The notes beneath the pieces were generated by a model. The model saw only the letters and a list, made by a program, of their open reading frames with translations, ran no database searches and had not been told where the DNA came from. From NCBI GenBank assembly GCA_947465495.1, contig CANIAS010000002.1, positions 14,274 to 78,273 of the forward strand: a DNA stretch of 64,000 bases, written 5' to 3'. This DNA is from Candidatus Pollutiaquabacter sp. (GTDB lineage Bacteria; Bacteroidota; Bacteroidia; AKYH767-A; 2013-40CM-41-45). The position numbers were made by a program, and so were the translations under genes. Positions 28,247 through 38,472 of this stretch are shown here, piece by piece; the first letter of the stretch is position 1; every line of letters starts with the position of its first letter.

Positions 28247-29578
28247 TTATTTAATTATTCGGAAATCAACTCGACGGTTCAGGTTAATGTCTTTTGCAAT
28301 ATTATTATCTGCACCTACTGATTTTGTTGTCAATCGAGCTGAGTCCACTCCATAAAACTTAACCAGACGTTCTTTAACTGCATCTGCGCGAGTTTGACCA
28401 AGAGACTTATTATAATCTTGACTAGCACGTGTATCGGCGCTTCCGATGATCTCTAACTTCAGCTCTGGATGATCATTAAGCACCACAACAATGGAAGTGA
28501 GGCTTTCGTCATACTTAGGATTGATTTTAATACTATTAACTTCAAAGAAAATAGAAGGCAACCAGGCGCCGTTGTTAATCATCGTAGAGACATCTTCTTT
28601 AGCCTCTTGACTAGCCTGCACCACCGGAACAGTTGTACCATCACCGTATACTTTCACACCGGCAGGGGTATTGGGCTCTTTATCAAAACGATCTGATACA
28701 CCATCACCGTCCGTATCCATACTTCCTTCGTCCACTTTGGCTTTGCGAGTGGTGGTAACCTGAGCAACCAAATTTTGTGAAGGCTTCGACCACTGCAAAA
28801 CGTTCCGTCCTTTTCCTAAGTGGTAAGCAACACCGACGTTTAGGTAAGAATAGGCATCAGTAGCTGACAAGTGGGTGTAAAAGCCATCCATTTTATCGCT
28901 GGTAGAGAAGCGAACTGAAAAATCTGTCGTAAATGAAATGTTTTCAGAGTAATGGAATTTAAATCCTACTCCAACAGGCAAAATGAATTGATTCAAATTA
29001 TGATAATCCTTTGTATCATCAGTCTTAACTGAATCTAAACCAACGGTACCGATGTAATAATTCTTGGAAGGGTTTGGATCAACGCCTGTACGATAGACGT
29101 TAGGGTCCGTATTGACAATACCTGCTCCGAGGTACCCGTAGAATGCCAAACGCGGATCACGGTTCACATAGGCAAAGTTGCCCAACTGAAACATACCCAT
29201 CACTGCAAACTCATAGTTGATGCGTGAGTCAAATGAGTATTTAGCATTTGATCCTTCCTTACTACCATTACCAACCAATTTACCGGTCAACAATTCAGCA
29301 CGCAACGCGAAAGAATAACTAAAGAACTTGGTAGCGTTCAAGCTGAGCGCCCATGAACAATCACGCGTAAAGCTGGTGGATGAGATATCCATGTTAGGTG
29401 CTGTCAGACCAATCGCTCCACCAATATCCCATGTCCTGAAACTTTTAAGAGTCGGGAGGTTAGAATCCTTGATTTCAACTTTGATTGTATCTTGAGTATC
29501 GGCTGTTTGGGCAATGCTTGAAGCACTGGTGAGCAGTATACCTAAGAAGGGCAATACAGAAAGAAGTTTACGTTTCAT
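28247..29578 (-). CDS. OmpA-family outer-membrane protein (N-terminal beta-barrel, thrombospondin-type-3 Ca-binding linker, C-terminal OmpA peptidoglycan-binding domain)
   Basis: 443 aa with a signal peptide. The TSP3 repeat is DTDGDGVSDRFDKEPNTPAG. The OmpA-C signature is NQAPLDG-like ...DYNKSLGQTRADAVKERLV...NRRVDFRII. Confidence 0.85.
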   Translation of the reverse strand: MKRKLLSVLPFLGILLTSASSIAQTADTQDTIKVEIKDSNLPTLKSFRTWDIGGAIGLTAPNMDISSTSFTRDCSWALSLNATKFFSYSFALRAELLTGKLVGNGSKEGSNAKYSFDSRINYEFAVMGMFQLGNFAYVNRDPRLAFYGYLGAGIVNTDPNVYRTGVDPNPSKNYYIGTVGLDSVKTDDTKDYHNLNQFILPVGVGFKFHYSENISFTTDFSVRFSTSDKMDGFYTHLSATDAYSYLNVGVAYHLGKGRNVLQWSKPSQNLVAQVTTTRKAKVDEGSMDTDGDGVSDRFDKEPNTPAGVKVYGDGTTVPVVQASQEAKEDVSTMINNGAWLPSIFFEVNSIKINPKYDESLTSIVVVLNDHPELKLEIIGSADTRASQDYNKSLGQTRADAVKERLVKFYGVDSARLTTKSVGADNNIAKDINLNRRVDFRIIK

Positions 29579-29653
29579 AGAAGTAGTTTATGGCTATTTA
29601 AGGACGGAAAAATACATATATATTTAGAAAAAAAAAGAAAAAACATAAGTTAT

Positions 29654-30322
29654 TTATAACAAATTGAAGCTTTTTCTTAGGTTTTCACATCGGTTAATTC
29701 CAAAATCATAATCCCGGTTAATTAAGCTCAATACTTTAGCGTAATCTTCCGGATCATTTACAAAATCCAAGTCGTTGGTATCAACAACCAAAATTCGCTG
29801 GTTGGATAGCTGTTTGAAAAAATCCCAGTAGCCACGCTCAATATTTCGGAGGTAATCATTCGGAATATTCTGCTCAAAGTCTCTACCGCGTTTACGGATA
29901 TTGTCCTGGAGTCTTGGCACATCTTTGTGCAAATAGACTAACAGGTCGGGCTTGGGCAACTGCCCATGGATGATCTGGAACAATCGCTGATAAAGCTGGA
30001 ACTCGTCCTCTTTCAAGGTAACCTGGGCAAAAATCAAGGATTTACTCAAAATGTAATCGGCAACCGTCTGTTGACGAAATAGCTCCCTGGGCTTCAACTC
30101 ATCATTCAGCTGCTGAAATCGATCAGCCAAAAAAGAAAGTTCTAATGGGAAAGCATATCTCACCTGATTGTCATAGAACTTTGGCAGAAACGGATTGTCG
30201 GCAAATCGCTCAAGAACCAGCTTCGCATCGTATTGATTGGATAACATCTGAGCCAGGGAAGTCTTTCCTGAACCGATGTTTCCTTCAATTACTATATAAT
30301 CGTAGTGCAATCGCTGATTCAT
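29654..30322 (-). CDS. Deoxynucleoside kinase
   Basis: 222 aa. It has the P-loop IVIEGNIGSGKTSLAQML and the dNK-family ERFADNPFLPKFYDN... and DRYxxx-like motifs. Confidence 0.8.
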   Translation of the reverse strand: MNQRLHYDYIVIEGNIGSGKTSLAQMLSNQYDAKLVLERFADNPFLPKFYDNQVRYAFPLELSFLADRFQQLNDELKPRELFRQQTVADYILSKSLIFAQVTLKEDEFQLYQRLFQIIHGQLPKPDLLVYLHKDVPRLQDNIRKRGRDFEQNIPNDYLRNIERGYWDFFKQLSNQRILVVDTNDLDFVNDPEDYAKVLSLINRDYDFGINRCENLRKSFNLL

Positions 30323-30822
30323 GAACCGGAGGAATGAAATACCCTAACTTCGAGTGGATCCCGCAACTCCGCCAATAATGATGATATGGACTTGCGAAGA
30401 ATGGGGTGACGAAATTCGGGAAAAATTTCGCAAAGCGGAACCAGGGTAAATTTACGCAAATGCAACATAGGATGAGGTAATTTTAATTGACTATCATCCA
30501 CCACCTGATCGTCGAGAAACAGTAAATCAATGTCAATCGTCCTTGGCTCCCATTTCTGCTCACGTTTTCTTCCTAAAGATTCCTCGATTTTGAGCGCAAT
30601 TCGCATAATTTCCATCGCAGGTAATTCCGAGTATCCGCTAACCACTTGATTTAAAAAAGCCGGCTGATCCATTTTACCCCAGGCATCAGTTTCATAAATC
30701 GAGGAAATAGTGTCGACTCCTCCAATTTGCCGTCCGATACCAGCAATGGCTCCTTGAAGGTATTCTTCCCTTTGCCCTACGTTGCTCCCTAATAGAATGA
30801 AAAACCTTGCCCGGCCGTGCAT
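30319..30822 (-). CDS. folK: 2-amino-4-hydroxy-6-hydroxymethyldihydropteridine pyrophosphokinase (HPPK)
   Basis: 167 aa. The HPPK motifs ILLGSNVG, RTIDIDLLF and LPHPMLHLRKFTLVPLCEI are present. It overlaps the dNK start by 4 nt. Confidence 0.85.
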   Translation of the reverse strand: MHGRARFFILLGSNVGQREEYLQGAIAGIGRQIGGVDTISSIYETDAWGKMDQPAFLNQVVSGYSELPAMEIMRIALKIEESLGRKREQKWEPRTIDIDLLFLDDQVVDDSQLKLPHPMLHLRKFTLVPLCEIFPEFRHPILRKSISSLLAELRDPLEVRVFHSSGS

Positions 30823-30897
30823 GATTTAAATTTTGATTGTTTAACAAAAGTAATTCATTGATGCATCGTAACTTTACTTCGTTAAAAATAACCACCC

Positions 30898-32670
30898 ATG
30901 AGAGATTTTTTCAAATACGTATTCGCTTCTGCCATTGGCTTCATCCTTGGTAGTTTTTTACTTTTCGGACTACTAATGGTTTTACTTACGGCTGCTATCA
31001 CTACGTTATCCAGCGAATCAGAAGTGGACGTAGCGGATGGAAGTGTCCTGCAACTGAGACTTGACCAACCATTTTCTGAACGTACCTCTAAAAATCCGTT
31101 TCGCAATCTCGACTTCTCGAACCTTGGAACTACGAATACCTTGGGGCTTACCGATATTATTAAAAACATCGAAAAGGCAAAACGAGATCCACACATTAAA
31201 GGCATCCTGCTGGACTTGTCGACCGTGCCAGCAGGGATGGCATCTATGGAAGCTATTCGCTCGTCGTTGAATGACTTCAAAAAATCCGGTAAATTCATTT
31301 ATAGTTACGGGGAATATTACTCACAAGGCGCCTATTATTTAGCAACCGTTTCCAACCGGATTTATCTGCACCCACAAGGAGCAATCGATTTCAAAGGTCT
31401 GCACGCGGAACTAATGTTCTTCAAAGGCGCTCTTGATAAATTGGAAATCGAGCCTCAAATTATACGACACGGGAAATTCAAAAGTGCTATTGAACCATTC
31501 ATACTCGATAAAATGAGTTCTGAGAATCGTGAGCAGATGCAAGTCATGATGGACGGCTTGTGGAATCACCTGGTGCAACAAATTTCAACCAGCCGAGCAA
31601 TCCCTGTTGATAGCTTGCACGCTATGGCTAACGCATTTGATGGTCGCAATCCAGAAACAGCGCTCACTAAAAAACTGGTTGATCGCGTCGCCTATTACGA
31701 TGAATTGTTGGCAGATCTTCAACAAGCTTGCAACTGGAAAAAGGATGAAAAGCCCAAAATGATAGCTGTCAACAAATATGACAAGTCAAGTGTGAAATCA
31801 GATCGACCATTTTCCAACAAAAAAATTGCTGTCATTTATGCCGTAGGAGAAATCGGCGAAGGTGAAGGCTCGGATGAGAAAATCGGATCGGCTACAACAG
31901 CTGGCGAAATCCGAAAAGCGCGTCTCGACACGTCCATCAAAGCGATTGTTCTGCGTGTTAATTCACCCGGAGGAAGCGCACTGGCTTCCGATGTCATCTG
32001 GCGCGAAATCATGCTAGCTAAAAAAGCCAAACCGGTCGTCGCCTCCATGGGTGACTATGCAGCATCTGGTGGATATTATATAGCATGCGCAGCGGATTCA
32101 ATCGTAGCTGAGCCTACTACCATTACTGGCTCTATTGGAGTGTTCGGACTCCTGTTCAATGCCCAAAAAATGTTTAACAATAAACTAGGTATCACCTTCG
32201 ATACGGTAAAGACTTCTCATTTCGCGGATATTGGCTCCATGAGTCGTCCGATGCGAGACGATGAACGGGCAATGATCCAACGTGAAATCGAACATGTTTA
32301 CGATGTTTTCATATCCCACGTCGCCGATGGTCGCCGCATGAGCAAAGCGAATGTAGATAGTATCGGCCAAGGACGAGTATGGACGGGAACAGATGCTGTC
32401 CGATTGGGTCTGGTGGATCGTATCGGTACACTTCAAGATGCCATCGAGGTGGCAGCCAAACTTGCTCGACTGGACAACTACCGCACCATTGAACTCCCCC
32501 GTCAAAAAGAATTACTTGAAGAGCTTATGCAAGACCTAAATGTCGAGGCAGTAACCTACTTCGCTAAAAAAGAACTGGGAGAAAATTACAGGTATTATTC
32601 GGAGTTTAAAAAACTGATCAACGAACAAGGCATTATGGCGCGAATGCCATATTATGCAGACATCCGATAA
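30898..32670 (+). CDS. sppA: Signal peptide peptidase SppA, 67K type (S49, protease IV)
   Basis: 590 aa. An N-terminal TM helix is followed by two S49 domains. The second carries the catalytic region ASMGDYAASGGYYIACAAD. Confidence 0.85.
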   Translation: MRDFFKYVFASAIGFILGSFLLFGLLMVLLTAAITTLSSESEVDVADGSVLQLRLDQPFSERTSKNPFRNLDFSNLGTTNTLGLTDIIKNIEKAKRDPHIKGILLDLSTVPAGMASMEAIRSSLNDFKKSGKFIYSYGEYYSQGAYYLATVSNRIYLHPQGAIDFKGLHAELMFFKGALDKLEIEPQIIRHGKFKSAIEPFILDKMSSENREQMQVMMDGLWNHLVQQISTSRAIPVDSLHAMANAFDGRNPETALTKKLVDRVAYYDELLADLQQACNWKKDEKPKMIAVNKYDKSSVKSDRPFSNKKIAVIYAVGEIGEGEGSDEKIGSATTAGEIRKARLDTSIKAIVLRVNSPGGSALASDVIWREIMLAKKAKPVVASMGDYAASGGYYIACAADSIVAEPTTITGSIGVFGLLFNAQKMFNNKLGITFDTVKTSHFADIGSMSRPMRDDERAMIQREIEHVYDVFISHVADGRRMSKANVDSIGQGRVWTGTDAVRLGLVDRIGTLQDAIEVAAKLARLDNYRTIELPRQKELLEELMQDLNVEAVTYFAKKELGENYRYYSEFKKLINEQGIMARMPYYADIR

Positions 32671-32725
32671 ATTCACCAAGCAACATCCTTGACCTGTACT
32701 CGGATTTTACATTTAAATTCACATT

Positions 32726-34402
32726 GTGTCGAATAAAGAAATTGCACGTGCCTTCCGACTAGCTGCTCAGCTGATGGAATTGCATGACGAGAATCCTTTT
32801 AAGATTCGTTCCATGCAAAATGCCGCATTCAAAGTAGAACGGCTACAGCAGTCATTAGCATCCATGGATGCGGCTGAATTATCGGCCGTAGAAGGCATTG
32901 GTAAAAGTCTTTCACTGAAAGTATCCGAATTAATTCAGCGCGGATCCTTCCAGGATCTCGATGATTTACTGGAAATGACGCCTATAGGCGTGGCGGAGAT
33001 GTTATCCATTAAAGGTATTGGTCCGAAAAAGGTGCGCGCCCTTTGGAAAGAGCTCGGACTTGAATCCGTTGGTGAATTGTTATACGCCTGCCATGAAAAC
33101 AGATTGGTGGAACTAAAAGGATTCGGAGCTAAAACCCAGGAGCTGATTCGCCACTCCATCGAATATGCCAATTCCAATCAAGGTAAATTCCATTATGCAG
33201 TAGCAGAATCCTTGGGCATGCAATTAGTTCACGACCTAGAAGCGACAAACACTACATCTCGAATTTCTATTACCGGAAGCCTTCGCCGGAAGTGCGAGAT
33301 CATCACGAGCATTGACCTCTTAATCGCCACCGAAAACACGGAAGCAATCACTGATTTTTTTTCTACGCATCCTCTGATTCATCAAGATTCCGTTCAGATG
33401 ACCGGGAATCAATTGACAGCGCAATGCGGAACTGGAATTGCAGTGACTTGCTGCATATGTACTTTGGCAGATTTCGAATCGACTCTTTTCGATACAACTG
33501 GCACGGCGGAACATTTGCAACAATTACAACTTCCTTCCAATTGGCGCGAGCTTCGCTATGAAAATGAGGCTTCCATTTATGCCTCCGTGCGCCTTCCCTA
33601 CTTAGAACCTGAATGGCGCGAAGGAATGTTCGAATTCGAATGGGCAAAAAAAGGACAACTACCTTCTTTGGTCGCCGATCTTGATTTGCGCGGCACACTT
33701 CATAATCATACGACATACAGCGACGGAGTTGACTCACTCAAAGAGATGGCTTTGTATGCCCAAAAAATGGGTTACGAATACCTGGGCGTCTGCGACCACA
33801 GTCAAAGTGCATTTTACGCCAACGGAATGAAACCAGACCGGGTATTTCAACAACACGTTGAAATCGACCAATTGAATCGTGAAATGGCGCCATTCCGCAT
33901 ATTCAAAGGAATAGAATCAGACATTCTGAACGATGGTTCATTGGATTATTCGGACGACATCCTGGCATCCTTTGACTTCGTCGTAGCATCTGTCCATTCT
34001 GTCTTGAGAATGGATGAAGCCAAAGCGACCTCACGTCTGATCAAAGCCATTGAACATCCAGCCACAACTATCCTTGGGCATCCTACCGGAAGATTACTGC
34101 TGGCACGGGAGGGGTATCCATTGGACTTCAAAAAAATCATCGACTGTTGTGCTGCCAATGGAGTTATCATCGAACTTAATGCAAATCCATATCGCTTAGA
34201 TATAGACTGGCGTCACATCCCATACGCTTTGGAAAAGGGTGTACTTATCAGCATCAATCCTGATGCGCACCGAAAAGAAGGATATCACGACATGCATTAC
34301 GGCGTTTGTGTAGCCAGAAAAGGCGGTCTATCTGCTGCAGCCACCTTCAATACTTTTACCAAGTCTGAAGTAGAATCTTATTTCACGAATAAGAAGCGAT
34401 AA
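32726..34402 (+). CDS. PolX-family DNA polymerase (Pol beta-like HhH domains plus a C-terminal PHP phosphoesterase)
   Basis: 558 aa from a GTG start. The HhH region is IKGIGPKKVRALW and the PHP region is LHNHTTYSDG...DHSQS...SVHS. Confidence 0.8.
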   Translation: MSNKEIARAFRLAAQLMELHDENPFKIRSMQNAAFKVERLQQSLASMDAAELSAVEGIGKSLSLKVSELIQRGSFQDLDDLLEMTPIGVAEMLSIKGIGPKKVRALWKELGLESVGELLYACHENRLVELKGFGAKTQELIRHSIEYANSNQGKFHYAVAESLGMQLVHDLEATNTTSRISITGSLRRKCEIITSIDLLIATENTEAITDFFSTHPLIHQDSVQMTGNQLTAQCGTGIAVTCCICTLADFESTLFDTTGTAEHLQQLQLPSNWRELRYENEASIYASVRLPYLEPEWREGMFEFEWAKKGQLPSLVADLDLRGTLHNHTTYSDGVDSLKEMALYAQKMGYEYLGVCDHSQSAFYANGMKPDRVFQQHVEIDQLNREMAPFRIFKGIESDILNDGSLDYSDDILASFDFVVASVHSVLRMDEAKATSRLIKAIEHPATTILGHPTGRLLLAREGYPLDFKKIIDCCAANGVIIELNANPYRLDIDWRHIPYALEKGVLISINPDAHRKEGYHDMHYGVCVARKGGLSAAATFNTFTKSEVESYFTNKKR

Positions 34403-34413
34403 CAAAGTGTTAT

Positions 34414-34737
34414 TTAGGAAGCAGCATCACCTGATTTCTCGGTATCACTGGTTCCGGAATTAACGGAGCCGGAGGTTGTCACCGAACCAGTCGGCGCTGT
34501 TGGTGGATTAAAAGAAGTTGTTGCAGGCGGAACGCTTTTCGGAGTATCCGTATTAGCCGCATCGCGAACTTCACGCTCAATACCACCCATTGCATCCTTG
34601 AATTCACGCATTCCTTTTCCGAGGCCTTTAGCGAGTTCTGGAATACGTTTTGAGCCGAAAAATAGCAGCACTACAACGAGAATGAAAAAAACTTCACCTC
34701 CGCCGAGGTTGAGGAAAAGTAGGATGGAATTGAGCAT
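34414..34737 (-). CDS. tatA: Twin-arginine translocase subunit TatA/E
   Basis: 107 aa. It has a TM helix, then the amphipathic [23 protein letters not shown], and a Ser/Thr/Pro-rich tail. Confidence 0.85.
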   Translation of the reverse strand: MLNSILLFLNLGGGEVFFILVVVLLFFGSKRIPELAKGLGKGMREFKDAMGGIEREVRDAANTDTPKSVPPATTSFNPPTAPTGSVTTSGSVNSGTSDTEKSGDAAS

Positions 34738-34860
34738 TGGGATGGATTTGAAGGTGTAAAGTTATGGATATTAAATGAAGCCAAGGTGTAGCAGAACCTC
34801 CTCAAGATTCAAAGATTGAGGTGATTTTTCAGCGTGATAAAACACCGAAAAAAAAGGAAA

Positions 34861-34885
34861 AGTTGACACGTTTTGTGTCAACTTA
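34861..34885 (-). terminator. Second hairpin followed by a T-run between secDF and tatA. It is either a terminator or an attenuator-like element.
   Basis: A perfect 9-bp inverted repeat agttgacac / gtgtcaact has a 5-nt loop. The minus strand reads ttttcctttttttt after it. Confidence 0.4.
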
Positions 34886-34914
34886 TTCTAGGACGCTACA
34901 GTTGAATCAAAAAA

Positions 34915-34939
34915 AAGGCTGTCTTATTCAGACAGCCTT
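34915..34939 (-). terminator. Intrinsic terminator of secDF
   Basis: A 10-bp stem aaggctgtct / agacagcctt has loop tattc. The minus strand has an 8-T run directly after the hairpin. Confidence 0.7.
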
Positions 34940-34959
34940 TGAAGATTCAGTGCTTAGGA

Positions 34960-37900
34960 TTACTTCTTAGAAGTATCGCCTTTTTGGAAGTCGATAACGA
35001 TTGGAGTGGCGATACAGATGGATGAATACGTACCGATCACGATACCGATCAACAGCGCGAATGTAAATCCACGAATAACTTCCCCTCCGAATACGAAGAT
35101 GGCGAGGAGTACGAAGAAGATTGTGAGCGATGTATTAATCGTTCGGCTTAAGGTTGAATTCAAGGCATCGTTGATGACCTTTTTCTGATCCTGAGAATGG
35201 TGATGAACACCGACGAATTCACGAATACGGTCAAATACCACCACGGTATCAGTCATGGAGTAACCCATAACAGTTAAGATGGCGGCGATGAATGCCTGAT
35301 CGATCTCCAGTGAAAACGGCAACACGCCGTTGAAGATAGCGAAGAAAGCGAGTACTACTACTGCATCGTGCAACAACGCCACAACGGCACCAAGACCGTA
35401 TTGCCAACGCTTGAATCGAATGAAGATGTAGATAAACATCAAAGCACAAGAAATCAAGATGGCCCATACGGCAGACGACTTGATATCGTCGGCGACGGTA
35501 GGACCGACTTTTTGAGTACTCATGACTTGGTACTGATACCCCGCTAAGGACGAAAGTCCTTCCGTAAGCTTATCCGAAACTTTTTGTTCAGCATCCGGAG
35601 AAGCATCTTCGATCAGGTATGTAGTGGTAATTTTAACCTGGTTGTTATCGCCAAAGGTTTTCACTTCAGGCGCTTTGGTCAAAGGCCCTTTTAACGCATC
35701 GATAACTTGTACCGTAGAGACTTCCTTGTCAAAACGTACAACATAGGTACGACCACCTTTAAAGTCGACACCGAAGTTCAATCCTTTCACAGCGAAGGCG
35801 CCGATACCGGCAAGGATGATCGCAGAGGAGATCATGTAATACACCTTACGGCGAGCCACGAAATTGATGTTGATGTTTTTGAAAGCACCCTTCGAGAAAT
35901 TACTCCAGAAACGAATGTCCTTGTTACGATCCGTCATCCAGTCGAAAATCAAACGAGTGATGAAAATCGCGCAGAAAAGCGACGAAAGAATACCGATGAT
36001 CAACGTGGTGGCAAATCCCTGAATAGGTCCGGTACCGAAAGTATACAGAATGATACCGAGAATAAGTGTTGTGATGTTGGAGTCAATAATTGATGAGTAA
36101 GCATGCTTGAAACCATCAGAGATGGCGAGGCGACCGCCTTTCCCAAGTGCCATTTCTTCACGTACACGTTCGAAGATAAGAATGTTCGCATCCACCGACA
36201 TACCGATGGTAAGGACGATACCGGCAATACCAGGTAAGGTTAACACCGCTCCCAAAGAAGACAGGATACCCATTACAAAGAAGACGTTGGCGAAGAGCGC
36301 GATATCCGCTACAAGTCCGGCGTTGTTATAATAAGACACCATGAACAACAGCACGAGGATCAAAGCAATTACGAAAGAAAGTAGACCAGAGCTAATAGCT
36401 TCTTTACCGAGCGTGGGACCAACTACCGTATCTTCAACGATACGTGCAGGTGCAGGAAGTTTACCTACTTTAAGAATGTTTGCCAAGTCATCAGCTTCTT
36501 CAAGAGAGAACTGACCGGTGATACTGGAGTTTCCTCCTGCAATTTCTCCTTGTACGACAGGGTATGAATAGACATATTCATCCAGGACGATAGCGATGGA
36601 CTTGCCCACGTTGTCACGGGTCAAGCGTTTCCAAACGCGAGCACCTTCAGCATTCATACTCATGCTGATCTCCCAATTATCGCTGAATTGACCCTTTTGT
36701 TTGCGCGCATCAACAATGGCTGAACCATCGAGTGGAGCCTGATTATCACGGGCTGGAACACGGATAGCGACCAACTGCAGAACACGTCCATCTTTATCAA
36801 TCGGTTTTACCGACCAATAAGGTTTAAAATCTTTAGGGAACTTGGAACGAACTTGTTCCATGGCAAAGTACGCATTGACCTTGCCTGTATCTTTCACCAA
36901 AGAGGCACCGATGACTGGTCCTTTACGAAGTTCGGATTGACCTTTTTCATTCTGACCAACGGAAGGAGTAAGTACGCCAAAGAGTGGATTCTCACGGGCA
37001 AAATCTTCAAACGTTTTTGCTGCTTTAGAAGTATCTGTCTTAGCTGCTGTATCTGTCTTAGCTGCTGTCAACTGATCTTCAAGACTTGATTTCTTCGTGC
37101 TATCAGCCATGGCGAGTGAATCTCCAGCAGCTTTAACGGTGTCGGTACTCGCCGTCATGGAATCCATCGCTATTGCAGGAGAAGCGGTTGCATCAGCATC
37201 CACCACCAACTTGAGCGCCTTGTTGGCTTCTTCCAACTTAGGATAGATATCCATGTTGTCGTAGGTTTCCCAGAATTCAAGCTTTGCAGTACCCTGCAGG
37301 AGTTTACGTACACGTTCTGGTTCTTTAATACCAGGAAGTTCAACTAGGATTCGTCCGTTCCCAAGTTTCTGAACGTTAGGCTGGGTCACACCGAACTTGT
37401 CGATACGTGTTTTGATAATTTGGTAGGTGCGATCAAAAGCAGCATCAGCTTCTTTTTTGATGACATTCTTTACTTCTTCATTGGAAGAATTAAAATTGAT
37501 GCGGTCAGAAAGTTCTTTTGTAGCAAAAATGGCGGCCAGTTTTCCGTTGGGATCCAGCTTCTGAAACTCATCCACAAAAAGTGTTACGAAATCCTTCTGA
37601 CTGTTGGCTTGAGCAGCAACAGCATTTTGCAGCGCCTTGTTAAAGGTGGCATCAGTGCTATTGTTAGCCATCGAACGAACAAGGTCAACCAAGGAAACTT
37701 CCAGGGTGACGTTCATTCCACCCTTCAAGTCAAGTCCGAGATTCAACTCATTCTCTTTACATTTCTTATACGTGAAATCGAAGAGCGGATAAACCGGTTG
37801 TGTATTGATTGAATCGAGATACGCACGTTCTTTGGCAACGTCACCTGCTGCATATTCGCGGGCATCGTTTTCGACTCCACGTGTCACCAGCGTGAAAGAC

Positions 37901-37965
37901 AGCTGATAGAGGCACACGAGGGCCAACAGAATTGCAAACAGTTTTATAGCACCTTTACTTTGCAT
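34960..37965 (-). CDS. secDF: Protein translocase subunit SecDF, a fused SecD-SecF
   Basis: It has SecD periplasmic domains and twelve TM helices with conserved SecD/SecF segments such as GLDLKGGM and GFTFALLIGIVIGTYSS. The start is probably the ATG at 37965 (MQSKGAIKLFAILL). The track ORF extends to 38046. Confidence 0.9.
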   Translation of the reverse strand: MQSKGAIKLFAILLALVCLYQLSFTLVTRGVENDAREYAAGDVAKERAYLDSINTQPVYPLFDFTYKKCKENELNLGLDLKGGMNVTLEVSLVDLVRSMANNSTDATFNKALQNAVAAQANSQKDFVTLFVDEFQKLDPNGKLAAIFATKELSDRINFNSSNEEVKNVIKKEADAAFDRTYQIIKTRIDKFGVTQPNVQKLGNGRILVELPGIKEPERVRKLLQGTAKLEFWETYDNMDIYPKLEEANKALKLVVDADATASPAIAMDSMTASTDTVKAAGDSLAMADSTKKSSLEDQLTAAKTDTAAKTDTSKAAKTFEDFARENPLFGVLTPSVGQNEKGQSELRKGPVIGASLVKDTGKVNAYFAMEQVRSKFPKDFKPYWSVKPIDKDGRVLQLVAIRVPARDNQAPLDGSAIVDARKQKGQFSDNWEISMSMNAEGARVWKRLTRDNVGKSIAIVLDEYVYSYPVVQGEIAGGNSSITGQFSLEEADDLANILKVGKLPAPARIVEDTVVGPTLGKEAISSGLLSFVIALILVLLFMVSYYNNAGLVADIALFANVFFVMGILSSLGAVLTLPGIAGIVLTIGMSVDANILIFERVREEMALGKGGRLAISDGFKHAYSSIIDSNITTLILGIILYTFGTGPIQGFATTLIIGILSSLFCAIFITRLIFDWMTDRNKDIRFWSNFSKGAFKNININFVARRKVYYMISSAIILAGIGAFAVKGLNFGVDFKGGRTYVVRFDKEVSTVQVIDALKGPLTKAPEVKTFGDNNQVKITTTYLIEDASPDAEQKVSDKLTEGLSSLAGYQYQVMSTQKVGPTVADDIKSSAVWAILISCALMFIYIFIRFKRWQYGLGAVVALLHDAVVVLAFFAIFNGVLPFSLEIDQAFIAAILTVMGYSMTDTVVVFDRIREFVGVHHHSQDQKKVINDALNSTLSRTINTSLTIFFVLLAIFVFGGEVIRGFTFALLIGIVIGTYSSICIATPIVIDFQKGDTSKK

Positions 37966-38440
37966 GGATGATAGGGAATTTAAATAAAATCGCGATTTTA
38001 AATTAATTTTAGCGTGCAAAGATAGAATTTCACAGCTAAAATCCAATTAAAAGACAAGCCAATTTCGGGGTCAGCCCAAACACCGTCATAAATTAAATAA
38101 CTATTTATTGTTCAACGCCTTAAGGCTGAGCCATGTACTTCACTGCCAGGCAATGAACGAACCGATGAATCCCTGGTTATTAAGCTGACCATCAGAAACA
38201 ATCCTACATAAAAAGCGATTACAATCAATAAATTAACGGGTTGGGGCCATTCCGAGGATCGTACCTTCGGAGTTGTTGGGGTTAAATGTTTCATCGTTTT
38301 TGCATCCAAGTTGGAGGAGCACCCATGATAATCCCGCTTTAGGTATCCATTTCAAGAGATTAGCCGTGGACTTGCCGATTGTAAGGAAACACCTGAAATA
38401 TCCGGAAGGATCACTCCTTCCTCCTTTCCGTTCAAATCGC

Positions 38441-38448
38441 TAACTTTG
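38441..38448 (+). promoter_or_regulatory. Candidate -7 element (TAACTTTG) of the aconitase promoter
   Basis: It matches the Bacteroidota TAnnTTTG motif and lies 25 nt upstream of the acn ATG. No clean upstream TTTG is found, hence the low confidence. Confidence 0.3.
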
Positions 38449-38472
38449 CCATCCTTTTAAAACACGAAAAAC

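Noticed and set aside
38112-38309. A 65-aa ORF lies in the secDF/acn intergenic region.
   Set aside because: There is no RBS-like context or recognisable domain. It is a low-complexity frame on the strand opposite the acn promoter and is probably spurious.
38047-38472. I looked for SRP RNA, RNase P RNA, tmRNA or 6S RNA in the long intergenic region.
   Set aside because: I could not find SRP domain IV (GGAAGCAGCCAAGG-like), the RNase P P4 GGAAAGUCCGG motif or a tmRNA tag ORF.
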